Of a stretch of 64,000 nt of DNA, positions 60,549 through 64,000 are shown in pieces; position 1 is the stretch's first letter, and each line of letters starts with the position of its first letter. The notes below the pieces were generated by a model. The model had not been told where the DNA came from. It searched no databases and worked only from the letters and a program-made list of their open reading frames with translations. Source of the DNA: Antedon mediterranea (Eukaryota > Animalia > Echinodermata); NCBI RefSeq assembly GCF_964355755.1, contig NC_092679.1:14677432-14741431 (forward strand), given 5' to 3'. Position numbers and translations under genes: made by a program.

Positions 60549-61236
60549 CATTTATGTTATCTCCTACAATCATGTTTGACAATCTTAATATCAAATGAAT
60601 TAGAATGGTTTAAATGAGAAGGGATTTAGACTTTTCATACTTTTTTAATTGGTGGTTTTTATATTAAAAATAATAATAATAATATATTTAATTATTTAAT
60701 GTGCCAAGTTTGGATCTCAGTCATGTATTATATACAGTGAACATGGGGGTTGATTTTGTTTATTGTATCATATAATATAATTATGTAGTTTCAAATAATT
60801 GTTGAAGAAAATGTAAATATATTAAATATTCTACATTTATTTTATTATCTATAATTTATGACTATTTAAATGTTAAATGAAGTGGTTTTGTTTTTACATT
60901 AATTGTGAAAATAGTCACATGACAAGTTTTATTTATTGTTATTTGAGTTTCAATAGCAATGTGATAAATATTTCAGTTGTTAGGTGTATGTACAATTTAT
61001 TTATTTATAAATTTTATATCTAAAAAGAAATAATGATGATCATCATTTGCCATCAATAGACCAATGAATTTTCAGAAAAGTGCTACAGTTTTGTATTGGA
61101 CCAAAGTTGTGCTGTGGTTAGCATGTTTCACCATGTGTTATGCTACACAATTTTAATACATGAACTTAATTTTGATTAAAATGTATAATTTTTCCAAGGA
61201 GTCCTACAGTAGAGCCTTTCTAGAATGTCTTAATAG

Positions 61237-61383
61237 CAGTTTCATTAACGCAGAGGCCTAATGTGTCCTGGATTAGGGACCCTAACTGGCCATCCAACTC
61301 TGGATTTTCACCTGGCCCAGATGGGCTAGGCCAGCCCATCCTCTGGGTTTAGCCAGTGAGCACTCATAGCCGTTACGCCACTG
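61237..61383. mobile_element. Short hAT-like element (8-bp TSD CTTAATAG, right copy split by the Harbinger MITE)
   Basis: CAGT..TAACG / CGTTACGCCACTG ends. Left flank is cttaatag; right flank is cttaa[MITE plus one TSD copy]tag. Confidence 0.6.
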
Positions 61384-61388
61384 CTTAA

Positions 61389-61786
61389 AGGCCCATTCAC
61401 ACTAGGACGATAACGATCGACGATAAATATATAATTTTTTTTAACATGTAACAGAAGAAATTAGAAAGGGTTTCGTTCTAGGACTATAGGATAATCATTT
61501 ATGCTTTCTTTGATAAAAATAATATTTTTTAAATTCCAATCAAATGACGTCATGATTGATACATAAAAACAATAAAATCGTTGTATTGTCGCGATATTGT
61601 TGCTCTTAATAATCATGACGTCATTTGATTGGATGTGTGAAAATATAATTTTAATCAAAGGAAGCATAGATGGTTATTCTATAGTTCTAGAATGAAAAGG
61701 TTTTATATTTCTTTTATTTTATGTATGAAAAATGCAAATTATTGTCTATTATCGTCGATCGTTATCGTCCTATTGTGAATGGGCCT
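61389..61786. mobile_element. PIF/Harbinger-type MITE with about 38-bp TIRs
   Basis: AGGCCCATTCACACTAGGACGATAACGATCGACGATAA and its reverse complement, with TWA flanks. A degenerate inverted relative lies at about 16780-17007. Confidence 0.88.
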
Positions 61787-63410
61787 TTATAGGGGTGTCC
61801 CAGAGGGGTTTTACTGTAGACCATCAAAACACCCAAATACTGTAATAAGTACCCAAGTACCACAAACGATTTTATATGTGGTAATCATCATTATCATTTC
61901 TTTTTTCATTACCTATTAATTTATAAAAAAAAGAATTATATGAGGTACATTAAAATTGATTAATTTTTAATGAATATGTGCCAGATGAAGATATTCGCAC
62001 ATATTTATAAAAAAAGATTCACTATAATACTGTATTTAAAATTGTATTATGTTGGTTAAAAAACATATTAAAATAAAAAATTATTTTGTTTTTTTGTTTC
62101 AGTCATTTGTTGATATATTTCTTGGATTAATTTGCATATTTTAGTTTTACACCTGACAAATTTAAAGAAAATGTGTGTATGTATGTTCAGGGATATGTAT
62201 GTTGTTGTATGTTGCTGCTTATCAGTAGTGAATGTAAGTTTTGTGTAGTTTATAAGCGTCAAGCCTAACCAACAAGATTAAAAATTAACCAAATAATACC
62301 GAATACTTGTACCATTAACAGTTCCAAATGTTATTCATTTCTCTAGTATAATTATTACTAAAACCCATATTTACTGGTACAACAATTATATTTCTCTGCA
62401 TTTTGAAAATATGCAAATTATTAATTCATGCATGACCTCTCTCCTGTGAGATTTCCGGGTCAAATAAACATTGTGTACAAAAACAACCACCAAAAAGACA
62501 CGACGTATCGTGATTTTATCAAGGTAAATACAGTGATTTTTCTTTATTAAATAACTAGTATGAAAATGAAAGGCCCATGCAACCTTAATATAGAATAACG
62601 TTTTTACGCACATTATTGTGATACGCCTCGGCCTTTAGCTAAAACAGTGTGGTTTGCAGTTGAAAAACACCTTGCCCTGGCTAGCTAGGCCAGGCCCAGG
62701 CCTGGTCACCAGGTCCTCGTTTCCTTCTTCTTGTTCGCACCTATAACTAAGCCATAGCCTAGGCCCTAATAAGCCTAGTGGCCTAGCCTAGGCCTGTTGG
62801 CATTTCTACCTGATGGAGCTACCAATCAATGATCAGGGTGCAAAAAGCTGACACTGTGTCTTTGTATGTTATACCTGCACAGAACATTCTCTCAAACTAA
62901 TAGTAAAGTATGGTCTATCTAGCTTGACTAGTTATGCAAGAAGGTAGGCCTAGCTAGGCCTAACTAAACTTTTTAGGGTAGTTCTAATCGCACATAAACT
63001 TACTTTTGTTTTCTGCTTACCATTTACCGCTTACCGTTACCACTCGTCTATAATTAGCATTTAGGTTGGCTTTACTAATAATAACCATCGTCTTTACTCA
63101 CCATTGCTTAAAGATGATGTTTTTTGGGGGTAAATACAGCCTCTGAAAGGAATGCTATGCAATGGGACCATATTCGTAATACTTTTGTACTATACTGCAT
63201 TACTGGTGGTAGTGGTATGGCTGGTACTGTAATGAAAAATGACACAGTGTACAAGGATTTTGAGATTTGTGGAGCTGAATGTCCCAACTTATTCTGAACT
63301 TTCACGGAACAGAATTAGGTGGCATAAATCGTAAAGAATTAAACATCTGTGCAAACAATTTATTTGTCGTTTTCTTCTATTTTTAACTAGGAAGACTATG
63401 GTTGTTTTAA

Positions 63411-63822
63411 ATGATGTCATCTTCTGTTGAGGTGTATAGCGAACTAATAAGTGCACGTTTAACTCTAAGTGATGAGAATTGCAATAGCTCGGCCTCAGGT
63501 GAAGATGAGGTGGAAAGATCAGTCAGAGGAGATGGTTTGTCCATAAACTATGATCACATAGGATCACCAGAAATAGGTTTCACACCAAAGACAGAAATGA
63601 ACGACTTGTACCCTGTTTGTGAAGAAGGCTTAGACAGTTCGCACGCGTCCGAGCCATTGAAGAAGCTACGATCTCACACAAAAGCATCGTCGAAGAGCGT
63701 GCCCATTGATTCTGAGAATAAGAGAAGGTTGTGCGTTGTTTGTGGAGATTATGCTTCGGGATATCATTATGGGATAGCGTCATGCGAAGCATGTAAGGCG
63801 TTCTTTAAAAGGACTGTACAGG
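63411..63822 (+). CDS. ESRR: Estrogen-related receptor (NR3B) first coding exon including the first C4 zinc finger; gene continues right of the window
   Basis: [34 protein letters not shown] carries the ERR-type P-box CEACKA. Acceptor at 63389-63390; donor CAG G|gtaag after 63822. Confidence 0.9.
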
Positions 63823-64000
63823 GTAAGAATCTATTTGATGTGCTTTCTAGTACAGAATCCCTAAAGGTACAGTACACCCACTTAAGTGTCCTCTTAATAG
63901 GGGTGTCCTTGACAAAATATATTACCCCTCGTTCATTTCACAGAAATGTGTTGTCCAAATGCCATTGATTCATTTTGTATTATGATAAAACATTTGTATT

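Overview
This is AT-rich, intron-rich eukaryotic DNA from a metazoan. The gene set and repeat style suggest an invertebrate deuterostome such as an echinoderm (inference). Most entries in the ORF track are spurious or are single exons. Exons were joined by hand using GT-AG boundaries and frame continuity, giving these genes in order: the 5' part of a kinesin-3 STARD9/KIF16-type gene (-), a 12-exon ABHD12 (-), two tandem RING-less B-box/coiled-coil/filamin/NHL genes (-; one intact, one with an eroded B-box and a frameshift), an SLC16/MCT-type MFS transporter (-), a complete 25-exon VPS54 (+), and the first coding exon of an estrogen-related receptor (+). Introns and spacers hold many non-autonomous DNA transposons (2, 3, 4, 5, 7 and 8 bp target-site duplications, several nested), two tRNA-derived SINE families and several minisatellites. 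Four observations stand out. First, an inverted pair of Penelope/retrozyme-type minimal hammerhead ribozymes lies inside an SLC16 intron. Second, TA->TACAGTA/TACTGTA insertions are pervasive and look like Tc1/mariner excision footprints, with TAGGCCTA clusters at gene 5' ends. Third, a 15 x 68 bp minisatellite is built from a SINE tRNA head. Fourth, the duplicated TRIM-NHL-like gene lost its B-box through frame-preserving deletions. No CRISPR array, rRNA or bona fide tRNA gene was found.
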